Below, in pieces: positions 23,506 to 33,628 of a stretch of DNA of 64,000 nt; position 1 is the stretch's first letter; each line of letters starts with the position of its first letter. Made by a program: the position numbers and the translations under genes. The DNA is from Bacteroidota bacterium (lineage in GTDB: Bacteria > Bacteroidota > Bacteroidia > Flavobacteriales > UBA7312): NCBI GenBank assembly GCA_036340235.1, contig JAYYZE010000029.1, positions 2,041-66,040 on the forward strand. Direction: 5' to 3'. A model generated the notes under the pieces. The model made no database searches. It was not told the origin of the DNA and saw only the letters and a program-made list of their open reading frames with translations.

Positions 23506-23863
23506 ATGAAAAATTTATTTTCTGCCCAATACATGTCTTTTTACAACTAAATCAGTCTCTAACCCTTTAATTACTAGAGTAATTTTTATCGGTATTTTAA
23601 TGCTGTTGGCACTAAACTATATTAGGGCGCAACAGTCTGTAAATACAGATGCTATATGTAATAACGGCGACATTTCCATAAATGCAGATGCAGACAATTC
23701 TGGTTCATACGGAGCCATCATTTTTAAGTTTAACAGTGAAGAATACGCCAAATTTCAAAAACAACGATTTATTTCCAGAAAACAAATTGACATTAACCAA
23801 AATGGTGCGCAAGGTACTTTAAAAGTAGATGACCATGGTGGTTTTCACTTTATTCAAGGCTAA
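23506..23863 (+). pseudogene. Frameshifted, truncated remnant of a secreted protein
   Basis: ATG 23506 is followed by A5 and stops after 14 codons. The +1 frame reads KIYFLPNTC...RVIFIGILMLLALNYIRAQQ (signal peptide ending in Gln), then about 75 aa, and ends inside the tail of the aquaporin pseudogene. Confidence 0.45.
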
Positions 23864-24486
23864 CACTACGAGCCACAAAAACCGAATAAACAGCACCTAA
23901 AGTAGTGGCTACAAGTTAAAACCATAAATGAGAAAAATAGCCAGAAACAAGTGCCGGTGCCATCGATCGAGCCGGGTTCATGGAAGCTCCCGAAACAGGT
24001 CCTGCAAATATGGCTCCAAAGGCCACAACCATACCCAAAACAAAACCAGTCATTGTCTTCACTTCTTTACTGCCTTCGGACATAAAGAGAATGACAAACA
24101 TTAAAATAAAGCTTAGCATGAATTCCATGACAAAACTTTGCTCCCAACTTCCTGCTGGCAAGGAAGCCCCAAGTAAGTCGTGCTGAGGAAACATTACTGA
24201 AAGTAACAAACTAGCACAAATAGCACCGCTAAATTGACTTAAAATATAAGGTATTACTTTATTAGCTTTAAATCGTTTACTAATACAAAAAGCGATACTG
24301 ACAGCTGGGTTGATATGTGCACCAGAAATAAATCCTGTGGAGTGGATAACTGCCATAACCCAATCCAAAGGTTAGACCAATACCTAAATGCCCAACACTT
24401 CCATAAACATCATTGATAATTATGGTACCAGTACCAGCAAAAACCATGATAAAAGTTTCTACAAACTCAGCCAGATACTTTTTCAT
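23850..24486 (-). pseudogene. Aquaporin/MIP channel pseudogene
   Basis: MKKYLAEFVETF...GLTFGL, frameshift near 24360, then VMAVI...SGAHINPAV...SGASMNPARS...HLWF, in-frame TAA at 23916-23918, then LVATTLGAV. Both NPA motifs are present. Confidence 0.88.
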
Positions 24487-24892
24487 CTTTAAAATAGTTT
24501 TCAAATGCAGCCAAAAACGCTCGGGAAGGATGACACGGTTTATTTTTTTTCATATCAACAAAGACTAAGGTTACTTCTGCAGTATTCAAATGTTGGCCTT
24601 CTGAATTAAAAGTTTCAAAATAAAAATTGATTCTTGTGCTTGGCATTTCTTTAACATTTAGCTTGATGGTCAGCTCATCATCATAAAAAGCAGGTTTATA
24701 AAACGTCGTAGAATACGATAAAACTGGTAACATAATACCACCATCCTCAATATCTTTGTAATTGAAACCTAACTTTCTCAATGCTTCAACTCTGGCTACC
24801 TCGAAATAGGTGGCATAATTACCATAGTACACATAGCCCATCTTATCCGTTTCAGCGTAGCGAACACGAACTTTTGTCTCAAATGAAAACAT
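24467..24892 (-). CDS. Acyl-CoA thioesterase (YbgC/FadM family)
   Basis: VRVRYAETDKMGYVYYGNYATYFEVARVE, PAFYDD. Confidence 0.93.
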   Translation of the reverse strand: MFSFETKVRVRYAETDKMGYVYYGNYATYFEVARVEALRKLGFNYKDIEDGGIMLPVLSYSTTFYKPAFYDDELTIKLNVKEMPSTRINFYFETFNSEGQHLNTAEVTLVFVDMKKNKPCHPSRAFLAAFENYFKDEKVSG

Positions 24893-25824
24893 TATTCTTC
24901 TTTATCAGTATTTTTATTTTTGTCTTGTTTCCTCATCGCTTCACCGATTTGATTACTAGCTGTAAATGATGCCACCATGTTGTTGAGCATATCTGAACCT
25001 GCCTGCGGTGAGTTTGGTAATAAAATCAAATTACTGTTAGTATCTGCTCCAACGGCTTGAAGAGTGTCATAATGTTGAGTTACTACTATAAGTGCCGAAG
25101 CTTCTTGTGAGTTTATGCCTACTTTATTTAATACTTCTACGGATTCTTCAAGACCCCTAGCAATTTCTCGTCTTTGGTCTGCTATACCCTGACCTTGCAA
25201 ACGCTTGCTTTCGGCCTCAGCCTTGGCTTTTTCAACAATTAAAATTCTAGCCGCATCACCTTCATATTGAGCGGCTACTTTTTCGCGCTCAGCAGCATTT
25301 ATTCGATTCATAGCATTTTTTACCTGAGCATCAGGATCTATGTCAGTCACTAGTGTTTTGATGATATCGTAACCGTATTCAATCATTGCATCATTGAGTT
25401 CCGTCTTTACGGCGATGGCAATATCGTTTTTCTTTTCAAACACATCATCTAACTTCATCTTTGGCACTTCGGCACGAATAACGTCAAAGACGTAAGACGT
25501 AATTTGATCATGGGGGTAATCTAATTTATAAAAAGCCTCGTAGACTTTATCCTTTATCACTTGAAATTGAACAGAAACTTTTAGTTTAACAAAAACATCA
25601 TCTTTGGTCTTGGTTTCCACAACTACATCCAACTGTTGAATCTTTAAACTAAGACGACCAGCGATGCGGTCAATTACGGGAATTTTTAACTGAAGACCAG
25701 AATGTCTGATAGAAGTAAATTTTCCAAAACGCTCGACAATAGCTGAAGTTTGTTGCTTAACAATAAAAAAAGTAAGTGGCAGTAAGACAATAGCCAGAAT
25801 GGAAATTACAATAATGTCAGTCAT
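24892..25824 (-). CDS. SPFH/band 7 domain membrane protein
   Basis: N-terminal TM segment, ERFGKF, ETKTKDDVFV, LVTDIDPD, AEAESKRLQGQGIA. Confidence 0.93.
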   Translation of the reverse strand: MTDIIVISILAIVLLPLTFFIVKQQTSAIVERFGKFTSIRHSGLQLKIPVIDRIAGRLSLKIQQLDVVVETKTKDDVFVKLKVSVQFQVIKDKVYEAFYKLDYPHDQITSYVFDVIRAEVPKMKLDDVFEKKNDIAIAVKTELNDAMIEYGYDIIKTLVTDIDPDAQVKNAMNRINAAEREKVAAQYEGDAARILIVEKAKAEAESKRLQGQGIADQRREIARGLEESVEVLNKVGINSQEASALIVVTQHYDTLQAVGADTNSNLILLPNSPQAGSDMLNNMVASFTASNQIGEAMRKQDKNKNTDKEE

Positions 25825-26133
25825 GATTTTATGGTTTTTAATTAGATTTTAAATATACTCATTTTTAACCAAACTTTTTAATTATAAAAAATAGTTAAAT
25901 TTTGTTTGATATTTAAATTTCAAATTTTACATTTACAGCTTGTGTGTTTCCTGCTAGAGAAGCAATTAAATAACATAAGGATTTCAAAGAAATTTGCATT
26001 TATAAATAAAAAAAATAAAAGTCAATACCCTTTTAGTTTTTTTTTTAAAAAATTTAATAACAAATTTGCCGATTCAATCAGCTATGGCTTTAACAGCTGG
26101 TAATTTAGTACGAATACGAATATATATTGTAAA

Positions 26134-27567
26134 ATGACAGAAGATAAAGTTTTTGAGATTGTTTGGAAAAACTGCTTGGATATTATTAAAGACAATGTCA
26201 GTCCACAATCGTATAAAACTTGGTTTGAACCTATAAAAGCTGTACGCTTGAAGTCAAATGTACTTACCATTCAGGTTCCTTCTCAATTTTTCTATGAGTG
26301 GCTCGAGCAACACTACATCGATTTACTAAAAAAGACTGTAAAAAAAGAACTAGGTTCTGAAGGCAAGTTGGAATATAGTATTGTGGTGGACAACAACCTA
26401 AACACTAAACCATACATTACAAAAATACCAAGTACAGGCAAAGGCAACATAAAAAATTCGCCCATTCACATGCCTATAAATATAAATGATACTGCTATCC
26501 GCAACCCTTTTGTGATTCCTGGTCTAAGAAAAATACAAGTTGACCCACAACTAAATGCTAATTTTTCGTTCAGCACCTTTGTCGAAGGAGATTGCAATCG
26601 ACTCGCTCGTTCGGCGGGTTTTGCTGTTTCTCAAAAACCAGGTGGCACATCGTTTAACCCACTACTGATTTATGGTCACGGTGGACTTGGAAAGACTCAC
26701 TTAGCAAACGCTATTGGTATTGAGGTGAAAAACTTGTTTCCAGACAAAACTGTACTGTATGTTACAGCTGATAAATTCCAAACCCAGTTTGTAGACGCCA
26801 TAATGGATAACAAAAAAAATGATTTTATTCATTTTTATCAATCCATTGATGTTCTGATTATTGACGATGTTCAATTCTTTTCAGGAAAAGAAAAAACACA
26901 AGACGCTTTTTTCCATATTTTTAACCACCTACATCAAAATGGAAAACAAATTATTTTGACCTCTGATAAGGCGCCCGTTGATATGCAAGGCGTTGAACAA
27001 CGCTTGCTTTCTAGATTTAAATGGGGCTTATCGGCCGATCTTCAATCGCCTGATTTGGAAACACGTATTGCTATCCTCAAAAACAAACTTTACAACGACG
27101 GTATTGAAATGCCTTACGCCGTTATTGAATACATAGCCTACTCTATCACAACCAATGTTAGGGAACTGGAAGGGGCTCTTATCTCGCTTTTAGCTCAGTC
27201 TTCTCTAAACAAAAAGGAAATTACTATAGAGTTAGCTAAAGAGATGCTTGACAAATTTGTGAAAAATACTGCTAGAGAAATATCCATTGATTATATTCAA
27301 AAAGTGGTTTGTGACTACTTTGATATACCCATCGAATTGATGAAGTCTAAAACACGAAAGCGAGAAATTGTTCAAGCCAGACAACTAGCCATGTATTTCT
27401 CCAAACAGCTGACTAAAAATTCTTTAGCAAATATTGGCATTCACTGCGGAAACAAAGATCACGCCACTGTATTACACGCTTGCAAAACGGTAAATAATCT
27501 AATTGATACCGACAAGCAGTTTAAAGCCTATGTCAATGATATTGAGAAAAAACTAACCCTCAACTAA
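26134..27567 (+). CDS. dnaA: Chromosomal replication initiator DnaA
   Basis: SYKTWFEPI, NPLLIYG..GLGKTHL, LIIDDVQF, RLLSRFKWGL, NVRELEGAL, ARQLAMY, DHATVLHA. Confidence 0.98.
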   Translation: MTEDKVFEIVWKNCLDIIKDNVSPQSYKTWFEPIKAVRLKSNVLTIQVPSQFFYEWLEQHYIDLLKKTVKKELGSEGKLEYSIVVDNNLNTKPYITKIPSTGKGNIKNSPIHMPININDTAIRNPFVIPGLRKIQVDPQLNANFSFSTFVEGDCNRLARSAGFAVSQKPGGTSFNPLLIYGHGGLGKTHLANAIGIEVKNLFPDKTVLYVTADKFQTQFVDAIMDNKKNDFIHFYQSIDVLIIDDVQFFSGKEKTQDAFFHIFNHLHQNGKQIILTSDKAPVDMQGVEQRLLSRFKWGLSADLQSPDLETRIAILKNKLYNDGIEMPYAVIEYIAYSITTNVRELEGALISLLAQSSLNKKEITIELAKEMLDKFVKNTAREISIDYIQKVVCDYFDIPIELMKSKTRKREIVQARQLAMYFSKQLTKNSLANIGIHCGNKDHATVLHACKTVNNLIDTDKQFKAYVNDIEKKLTLN

Positions 27568-27588
27568 AGCACTGACTTCCTTCAATCT

Positions 27589-28023
27589 ATGAAGATATTA
27601 TTTGTCTGTTTAGGTAATATTTGTCGATCTCCTATGGCTGAAGGTATCATGAAGCAAATAGAACCTGATTTCACTATCGATTCAGCGGGCACAAGTGACT
27701 ACCACATTGGTCAATCCCCAGATCATCGCATGATAAAAACTGCTCAAAAGTATGGGATTGATCTTTCATCGCTTAAAGCTAGGAAACTAACGACTGATGA
27801 TTTTGATCAATTTGACTACATATACGTGATGGATAAAAATAACTACATTAATGTACTAAGCCTTGCCAAAACAGATAATCACAAAAGTAAGGTTCGTTTT
27901 ATGCTAGAAAACAATGAGGACGTTCCGGATCCATATTTCGGAGGTGAGGATGGATTTGTTAATGTTTATAAGCTACTCTTGGATGGCTGTAAAAGGATTG
28001 CAAATGCATTCAGAAAAAGGTAA
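27589..28023 (+). CDS. Low molecular weight protein-tyrosine phosphatase
   Basis: CLGNICRS P-loop, DSAGT, DPYFG. Confidence 0.95.
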   Translation: MKILFVCLGNICRSPMAEGIMKQIEPDFTIDSAGTSDYHIGQSPDHRMIKTAQKYGIDLSSLKARKLTTDDFDQFDYIYVMDKNNYINVLSLAKTDNHKSKVRFMLENNEDVPDPYFGGEDGFVNVYKLLLDGCKRIANAFRKR

Positions 28024-28720
28024 ACTTGTACTCATTCCTTGCCCACTTAGTGACAATGATGTTTCCTCAGTGTTACCATCCAATCTTAGCTTTCATATAA
28101 ACTCATGCACAACATTTATAGTAGAAAACCTAAGATCGGCTAGGCGATTTTTAATTAAAGCTGGCCTTGAATCCAACATTGATGATTTACATTTTTATGT
28201 ATTAAACAAACACACTCAATCAGAAGCGTTAAATCCAATGCTTGAAAATGCCTTTAAAGGCGAAAATATAGGCTTAATTTCTGAAGCAGGATGCCCAGCG
28301 GTGGCCGATCCTGGCGGCGAAATTGTAGCATTAGCACACAAAAAACGTATCCCTGTACATCCTTTGGTTGGTCCATCTTCCATTTTGCTGGCACTTATGG
28401 CTTCTGGTATGAATGGACAGCAATTTGCTTTTAATGGCTACTTACCAAAAGATAGAAAAGAACGAATTAAAAAAATACAATGGCTTGAACATCTTTCAAA
28501 AAAAACTAATCAAACTCAAATTTTTATAGAAACCCCTTTCCGAAACAATCACCTGATAAACGATTTAAGCCAATGCTGTCAACCCAATACGTTCATCACC
28601 ATTGCTTCCAACCTAACATCAAAGAATGAAAAAATTGTACGCACAAAAGCCAAAGATTTAAAGAGTATAAATATTGACATCCATAAAATACCTACTATTT
28701 TTTTAATGCACACATACTAA
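28004..28720 (+). CDS. Tetrapyrrole-methylase/RsmI-like SAM-dependent methyltransferase
   Basis: VENLRSARRF, SEAGCPAVADPG, GPSSILLALMASG, FIETPFRN; start moved to MHSEKGK. Confidence 0.85.
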   Translation: MHSEKGKLVLIPCPLSDNDVSSVLPSNLSFHINSCTTFIVENLRSARRFLIKAGLESNIDDLHFYVLNKHTQSEALNPMLENAFKGENIGLISEAGCPAVADPGGEIVALAHKKRIPVHPLVGPSSILLALMASGMNGQQFAFNGYLPKDRKERIKKIQWLEHLSKKTNQTQIFIETPFRNNHLINDLSQCCQPNTFITIASNLTSKNEKIVRTKAKDLKSINIDIHKIPTIFLMHTY

Positions 28721-28771
28721 AACGTATTTTATTTCATTAATATGTATATATTAGGCAAAATTATATAGATT

Positions 28772-29146
28772 ATGATTTTTCATTTAGAATACCCTATACA
28801 TTCCTCCATCAACATTCTTTTCGAACGGCTTAGTACCATTAGCGGTTTGTCTGAGTGGTTTGCCGATGATGTTAATATTGATCGTGAAGGCATTTACACC
28901 TTTACTTGGGAAGGCAGTTCTCAACAAGCTCAATTAGTAAGTAAGAAAAAAGGCCAATTCGTTAGGTTTAAGTGGCTAGATTCTGCAGAAGATGAGTACT
29001 TTGAGTTCAAAATACAAATTGACGATTTAACCTCTGATGTTTCCTTAATAGTCACTGACTTTGCCGATGATGATGAAGAAAAAGAAGATGCTATAAACCT
29101 TTGGGATACCCAAATAGATCTCCTCAAGAGTATCATTGGTTCCTAA
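28772..29146 (+). CDS. START-like/SRPBCC domain protein
   Basis: GLSEWFADDV, FTWEG, VRFKW, LIVTDFA, LWDTQI; upstream of an LptF/G gene. Confidence 0.85.
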   Translation: MIFHLEYPIHSSINILFERLSTISGLSEWFADDVNIDREGIYTFTWEGSSQQAQLVSKKKGQFVRFKWLDSAEDEYFEFKIQIDDLTSDVSLIVTDFADDDEEKEDAINLWDTQIDLLKSIIGS

Positions 29147-29157
29147 AGAGAATCTCA

Positions 29158-30513
29158 ATGAAGAAGCTAAATTTATTTATCATAAAGTCCTTCATTGGCC
29201 CTTTTATTTTTACCTTTTTTTTAGCTCTCTTTTTGTTGTTAATGCAGTTCCTTTGGAAATACATTGATGACCTTGTTGGCAAAGGCCTCCAAATCACTGA
29301 GGTTGGTAAGTTATTATTTTATGCTGCCGCTCGATTTGTTCCCATGGCTCTTCCCATTTCTGTGCTATTATCATCCATCATGACCTTCGGAAATATTGCC
29401 GAAAAAAGTGAATTATTAGCTATAAAATCAGCAGGAATTTCTTTAAAACAATCCATGACTCCCCTCTTTTTTATTATTGTTTTTGTTAGCTGTTCTTCTT
29501 TTCTTTTCTCCAACTATTACATGCCCTATGCCAATCTTAAAGCAGGATCACTATTGTACGATATCCGAAAACAAAAACCGGCCTTGAACATCAAAGAAGG
29601 TATGTTTTACAATGAACTGAGTGGCTACAGCATTAAAATTGATAAAAAACTTGAAAATGGCGTTGATCTTGAAGGAATCTTAATATACGACCACAATTCA
29701 GAAAAAGGAAACGACAAAGTCATAATAGCAGAAAAGGGAAAAATGTATATTTCAGAAAACGAACGTTACTTTGTCATTGCCTTAGAAAATGGGCATAGCT
29801 ACTATGAAATGGACTTGGACAAATCAAACAAACCTTTTCAACGATCTAATTTTAAAGAAGACATTTTACGATTCGACCTCTCTGAGTTTGGGATGAAACG
29901 AAGCAGTGAAGACTTGTACAGAAATCACTATGCTATGATGAATAATAAACAACTCATTAATGCCATTGACTCAATTAACCAAAAAATCACGCAAAAAAAA
30001 GAGCGTTATGCTACTCAACTTTCAGAAAAAACCAAAGTTCAACGAACTAGCTTTTCGAACAAAGAACAACCAAACACAGTGCTTTTAAACAAACAAAAAG
30101 CCTACACACGCGCCATAAATGATGTAAAATTTATTAAATCGATTATTAGAAACCATCAGAGAGAAATGAAGTATCATCAGGAGATAGCCATTAAGCATGA
30201 AGTAGAATGGCACAGAAAATACACCATGGCCATTGCCTGTATTGTCTTTTTCCTACTGGGGGCTCCACTTGGAGCTATTATCAAAAAGGGAGGTTTTGGA
30301 ATGCCAGTCATAGTGTCTGTGGGATTTTTTATCGCTTTCCACATCATTTCGGTTACCACAGAAAAAATGGTTAAAGAAGCAGAAATATCCGTAACGCAAG
30401 GAATGTGGACTGCCAATGCTATTTTACTACCAATAGGAATTTACCTCATAGTAACAGCCAATTCCGACTCCCCATTACTCAGATGGCCATCTTTTTGGCC
30501 AAATAAATCCTAG
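29158..30513 (+). CDS. LptF/LptG family LPS export permease
   Basis: MQFLWKYIDDLVGKGL, ELLAIKSAGIS, EWHRKY, GAPLGAIIKKGG; start moved to MKKLNL. Confidence 0.92.
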   Translation: MKKLNLFIIKSFIGPFIFTFFLALFLLLMQFLWKYIDDLVGKGLQITEVGKLLFYAAARFVPMALPISVLLSSIMTFGNIAEKSELLAIKSAGISLKQSMTPLFFIIVFVSCSSFLFSNYYMPYANLKAGSLLYDIRKQKPALNIKEGMFYNELSGYSIKIDKKLENGVDLEGILIYDHNSEKGNDKVIIAEKGKMYISENERYFVIALENGHSYYEMDLDKSNKPFQRSNFKEDILRFDLSEFGMKRSSEDLYRNHYAMMNNKQLINAIDSINQKITQKKERYATQLSEKTKVQRTSFSNKEQPNTVLLNKQKAYTRAINDVKFIKSIIRNHQREMKYHQEIAIKHEVEWHRKYTMAIACIVFFLLGAPLGAIIKKGGFGMPVIVSVGFFIAFHIISVTTEKMVKEAEISVTQGMWTANAILLPIGIYLIVTANSDSPLLRWPSFWPNKS

Positions 30514-32195
30514 CGTACTAGTTTTTTGTACTTAATACGGCTAGGTCCAATATCTCCTAAGCGTTTTTTTCTATTTTCTTCATAATCACTATAGCCACCT
30601 TCAAAGAAATATACTTGTGAATCTCCTTCAAAGGCTAAAATATGGGTGCAAACCCTATCGAGAAACCATCGATCATGAGAAATGATAACCGCACAACCAC
30701 CAAAATTCTCTAAGCCCTCTTCCAAAGCACGTAAAGTGTTGACATCAAGATCGTTTGTAGGCTCATCTAACAGTAAGACATTTCCTTCTTCACGCAAGGT
30801 CATAGCTAAATGTAGCCGATTTCGTTCTCCACCTGACAAGACACCTACTTTTTTATTTTGATCCGAACCCTGAAAATTAAATTTGGCTACGTATGAGCGA
30901 GAATTGACTTTCTTGCCTCCCACTTCCAAAAGTTCATTACCACCAGTAACTTGTTCCCAAATGGTATTTTCTGGATTAATGTTAGCGTGTTGCTGATCAA
31001 CGTATGAAACCTTTACAGTATTACCAATTGTAAAGTGACCTGAGTCGGCTTTTTCTTGTCCCATTATCATCCTAAAAAGTGTGGTTTTTCCAGCACCATT
31101 AGGACCAATGATTCCTACAATACCTGCCGGAGGGAGTTTGAAGTTTAAGTCCTCATAGAGAAGCTTATCGCCAAAGGCCTTGCTTACCCCATTAGCTTCA
31201 ATGACGTTTGTCCCCAAACGAGGACCGGCAGGAATGTATAATTCTATTTTATCTTCTTGTTGTTTATTCTCTTCACTTACCAACTTATCATAATTACTCA
31301 GTCGGGCTTTGGACTTAGATTGGCGTCCTTTGGGAGACATACGCACCCATTCCAATTCCCTTTCTAGTGTTTTTCGTCGTTTACTGGCTTGTTTTTCTTC
31401 TTGAGCCAGTCGCTTGGATTTTTGATCCAACCAGGAGGAATAATTCCCTTTCCAAGGTATGCCTTCTCCCCTGTCCAATTCCAAAATCCAGCCAGCCACA
31501 TTATCGAGAAAATAGCGGTCGTGAGTAATAGCTATCACCGTGCCCTTGTAGTGCTGGAGATGTTGTTCTAGCCATTGTACTGACTCAGCATCTAGGTGGT
31601 TTGTGGGCTCATCCAAAAGCAAAATATCTGGTTCTTTGAGCAATAGGCGACATAGGGCCACACGCCGCTTTTCTCCTCCAGACAGTACCGAAATTGCTTT
31701 TTCACCATCCGGACAGCGCAAGGCGTCCATAGCAATGTTAAGCTTTGTCTCAAGGTCCCAAGCACCAGCAGCATCAATCCGATCTTGTAGGTCGCCTTGT
31801 TTTGCCATGAGGGCTTCCATTTTATCTGGGTTTTCATAAACCTCAGGCAATCCAAATTGATCGTTGATGTCGTTGTATTCAGCAATCAAATCCACGGCAT
31901 CTTGCATACCCTCTTTGACCACATCCATAACAGTTTTTGAATCTTCCATCTCAGGCTCCTGTGCCAAATAGCCAATGCTGTGGTCTTTAGAAAAGTGCAC
32001 GTCGCCTTGAAAAGACTTGTCAAGGCCTGCTATGATTTTCAAGAGCGTGGACTTTCCAGAGCCGTTGAGTCCAATTATACCAATTTTAGCACCATAAAAG
32101 AAGGACAGATGAATGTCTTTTAAAACTTGTTTGTTGTTAGAGGGAAAGGTCTTGCTGACCCGATTCATGGAAAATATAATTTGTTGATCTGACAT
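30510..32195 (-). CDS. ettA: Energy-dependent translational throttle protein EttA (ABC-F)
   Basis: LSFFYGAKIG, two ABC domains (GLNGSGKS, GPNGAGKT; LSGGE), linker ELEWVRMSPKGRQSKSKARL. Confidence 0.96.
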   Translation of the reverse strand: MSDQQIIFSMNRVSKTFPSNNKQVLKDIHLSFFYGAKIGIIGLNGSGKSTLLKIIAGLDKSFQGDVHFSKDHSIGYLAQEPEMEDSKTVMDVVKEGMQDAVDLIAEYNDINDQFGLPEVYENPDKMEALMAKQGDLQDRIDAAGAWDLETKLNIAMDALRCPDGEKAISVLSGGEKRRVALCRLLLKEPDILLLDEPTNHLDAESVQWLEQHLQHYKGTVIAITHDRYFLDNVAGWILELDRGEGIPWKGNYSSWLDQKSKRLAQEEKQASKRRKTLERELEWVRMSPKGRQSKSKARLSNYDKLVSEENKQQEDKIELYIPAGPRLGTNVIEANGVSKAFGDKLLYEDLNFKLPPAGIVGIIGPNGAGKTTLFRMIMGQEKADSGHFTIGNTVKVSYVDQQHANINPENTIWEQVTGGNELLEVGGKKVNSRSYVAKFNFQGSDQNKKVGVLSGGERNRLHLAMTLREEGNVLLLDEPTNDLDVNTLRALEEGLENFGGCAVIISHDRWFLDRVCTHILAFEGDSQVYFFEGGYSDYEENRKKRLGDIGPSRIKYKKLVR

Positions 32196-32279
32196 AGTTA
32201 GGTATTTTGGGCTAATATCGTTATAAAAGCCCTGCTTTTAAAATTTTAAATACTTTTATAGCAGAAAACACACACGATT

Positions 32280-32861
32280 TTGAAAAAACGATGCCAATGG
32301 CCTGGCGAAGATGCCCTAATGATACACTACCATGATGAAGAATGGGGTGTAGCTGTCTATGATGACAAGCGATGGTTCGAATACTTAGTATTAGATACTT
32401 TTCAAGCCGGGCTAAGTTGGAAGATTATTCTTCATAAACGAGAGGCTTTTCGACAGGTCTTTCATCATTTCGATGTTCATAAAGTAGCTGCCATGAGCCA
32501 TCAAGAAATGCACAACTGCCTACAAAACAAGGCCATTATCCGAAATTGGCTAAAGATAAAAGCCACAGTAACAAACGCTCAAGCGTTTTTGAAAATTCAA
32601 TCCGAAGTTGGCAGTTTTAACCAATACATTTGGTCATTTACCAACGGGAAACCTATACACCACTACCATGCTCATTCTGACGACCTACCAACAACTAGTG
32701 ATGAGTCTCACGCCATGAGCAAAGACCTAAAAAACAGAGGGTTTACTTTTGTGGGAAGCACCATTTGTTACGCCTTTATGCAAGCGGCAGGTATGGTCAA
32801 CGACCACACCATCGATTGCTTTCGCCACAAGGAAATTATAATGACCAATGCCCAGCAATAG
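32280..32861 (+). CDS. tag: DNA-3-methyladenine glycosylase I
   Basis: RCQW, YHDEEWG, FQAGLSW, FVGSTICYAFMQAAGMVNDH...C; TTG start. Confidence 0.95.
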   Translation: MKKRCQWPGEDALMIHYHDEEWGVAVYDDKRWFEYLVLDTFQAGLSWKIILHKREAFRQVFHHFDVHKVAAMSHQEMHNCLQNKAIIRNWLKIKATVTNAQAFLKIQSEVGSFNQYIWSFTNGKPIHHYHAHSDDLPTTSDESHAMSKDLKNRGFTFVGSTICYAFMQAAGMVNDHTIDCFRHKEIIMTNAQQ

Positions 32862-32875
32862 TTCAGCATATTTAG

Positions 32876-32883
32876 TATCTTTG
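32876..32883 (+). promoter_or_regulatory. -7 box for ahpC
   Basis: TATCTTTG, 38 nt upstream of the ATG. Confidence 0.7.
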
Positions 32884-32921
32884 CATCTCAATTATTATTA
32901 ATAATCAAACACTGAATAAAT

Positions 32922-33551
32922 ATGGTATTAGTAGGAAAAAAAGCACCCAGTTTTAGCACCAAGGCGGTTGTCAATGGTGGCGATATAGTAGAAAATTTTT
33001 CTTTGAATCAGTTCATCGGAAAAAAACACGTAATATTTTTCTTTTACCCTAAGGATTTTACCTTTGTTTGTCCTTCTGAATTACACGCATTTCAAGCTAA
33101 ATTGGACGAATTCAAAGCCAAAGGCGTGGAAGTGGTGGCTTGCTCAACAGACACTCCCGAATCACACTGGGGATGGTTGCAAGTAGACAAAAACAATGGC
33201 GGCATCAAGGGAGTAACCTATCCACTAGTCGCTGATCAAACTAAAACCATTACTGAAAACTTCGGTATTTTGTTTGGCGACTATTTTATTAATGAAAATG
33301 ATGAATTGGAAGCCGACGGGCCAATGATTGCTTTCCGAGGCCTGTTCCTTATCGATAAGGAGGGCATTGTGCAGCACCAAATCGTCAACAACTTACCATT
33401 AGGTAGAAATGTGGACGAAGCACTTCGAATGGTGGATGCCTTACAGCACCACGAAGAAGAAGGCGAAGTGTGCCCTGCTAACTGGGAGAAAGGAAAAGAC
33501 GCTATGAAGGAAAACTTTGCTGGCGTGGCCGATTACCTTTCAAAGCACTAA
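32922..33551 (+). CDS. ahpC: 2-Cys peroxiredoxin (AhpC/Tsa)
   Basis: FYPKDFTFVCPSE, GRNVDEALR, VCPANW. Confidence 0.95.
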   Translation: MVLVGKKAPSFSTKAVVNGGDIVENFSLNQFIGKKHVIFFFYPKDFTFVCPSELHAFQAKLDEFKAKGVEVVACSTDTPESHWGWLQVDKNNGGIKGVTYPLVADQTKTITENFGILFGDYFINENDELEADGPMIAFRGLFLIDKEGIVQHQIVNNLPLGRNVDEALRMVDALQHHEEEGEVCPANWEKGKDAMKENFAGVADYLSKH

Positions 33552-33569
33552 ATAACAGCTATATTTATG

Positions 33570-33599
33570 AAAAAAACCGAGTATTTACTCGGTTTTTTT
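33570..33599. terminator. Bidirectional intrinsic terminator between ahpC and the phosphomutase gene
   Basis: AAAAAAACCGAGTA-TT-TACTCGGTTTTTTT inverted repeat with A/T tracts on both sides, between convergent genes. Confidence 0.88.
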
Positions 33600-33628
33600 A
33601 TGTTAACTAATTATGAGATTGCTTTTAG

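Noticed and set aside
24280..24504. Programmed frameshift or stop readthrough rescuing the aquaporin
   Set aside because: No slippery heptamer at the junction, and a second independent nonsense lesion plus a Gly-to-Glu change point to decay
25825..26133. oriC in the AT-rich 309-bp gap upstream of dnaA
   Set aside because: No canonical TTATCCACA box or box cluster. The + strand looks C-rich at synonymous sites on both sides of dnaA (clpC and gldG), so no skew switch is evident by eye. dnaA and oriC are often unlinked in Bacteroidota. A cumulative GC-skew plot would settle it.
23489..32250. Identical 14-bp palindrome TTTAAAATTTTAAA at 23489-23502 and 32237-32250 as an operator
   Set aside because: A/T-only sequence in very AT-rich intergenic DNA; a rough estimate gives of the order of one such shared 14-mer by chance
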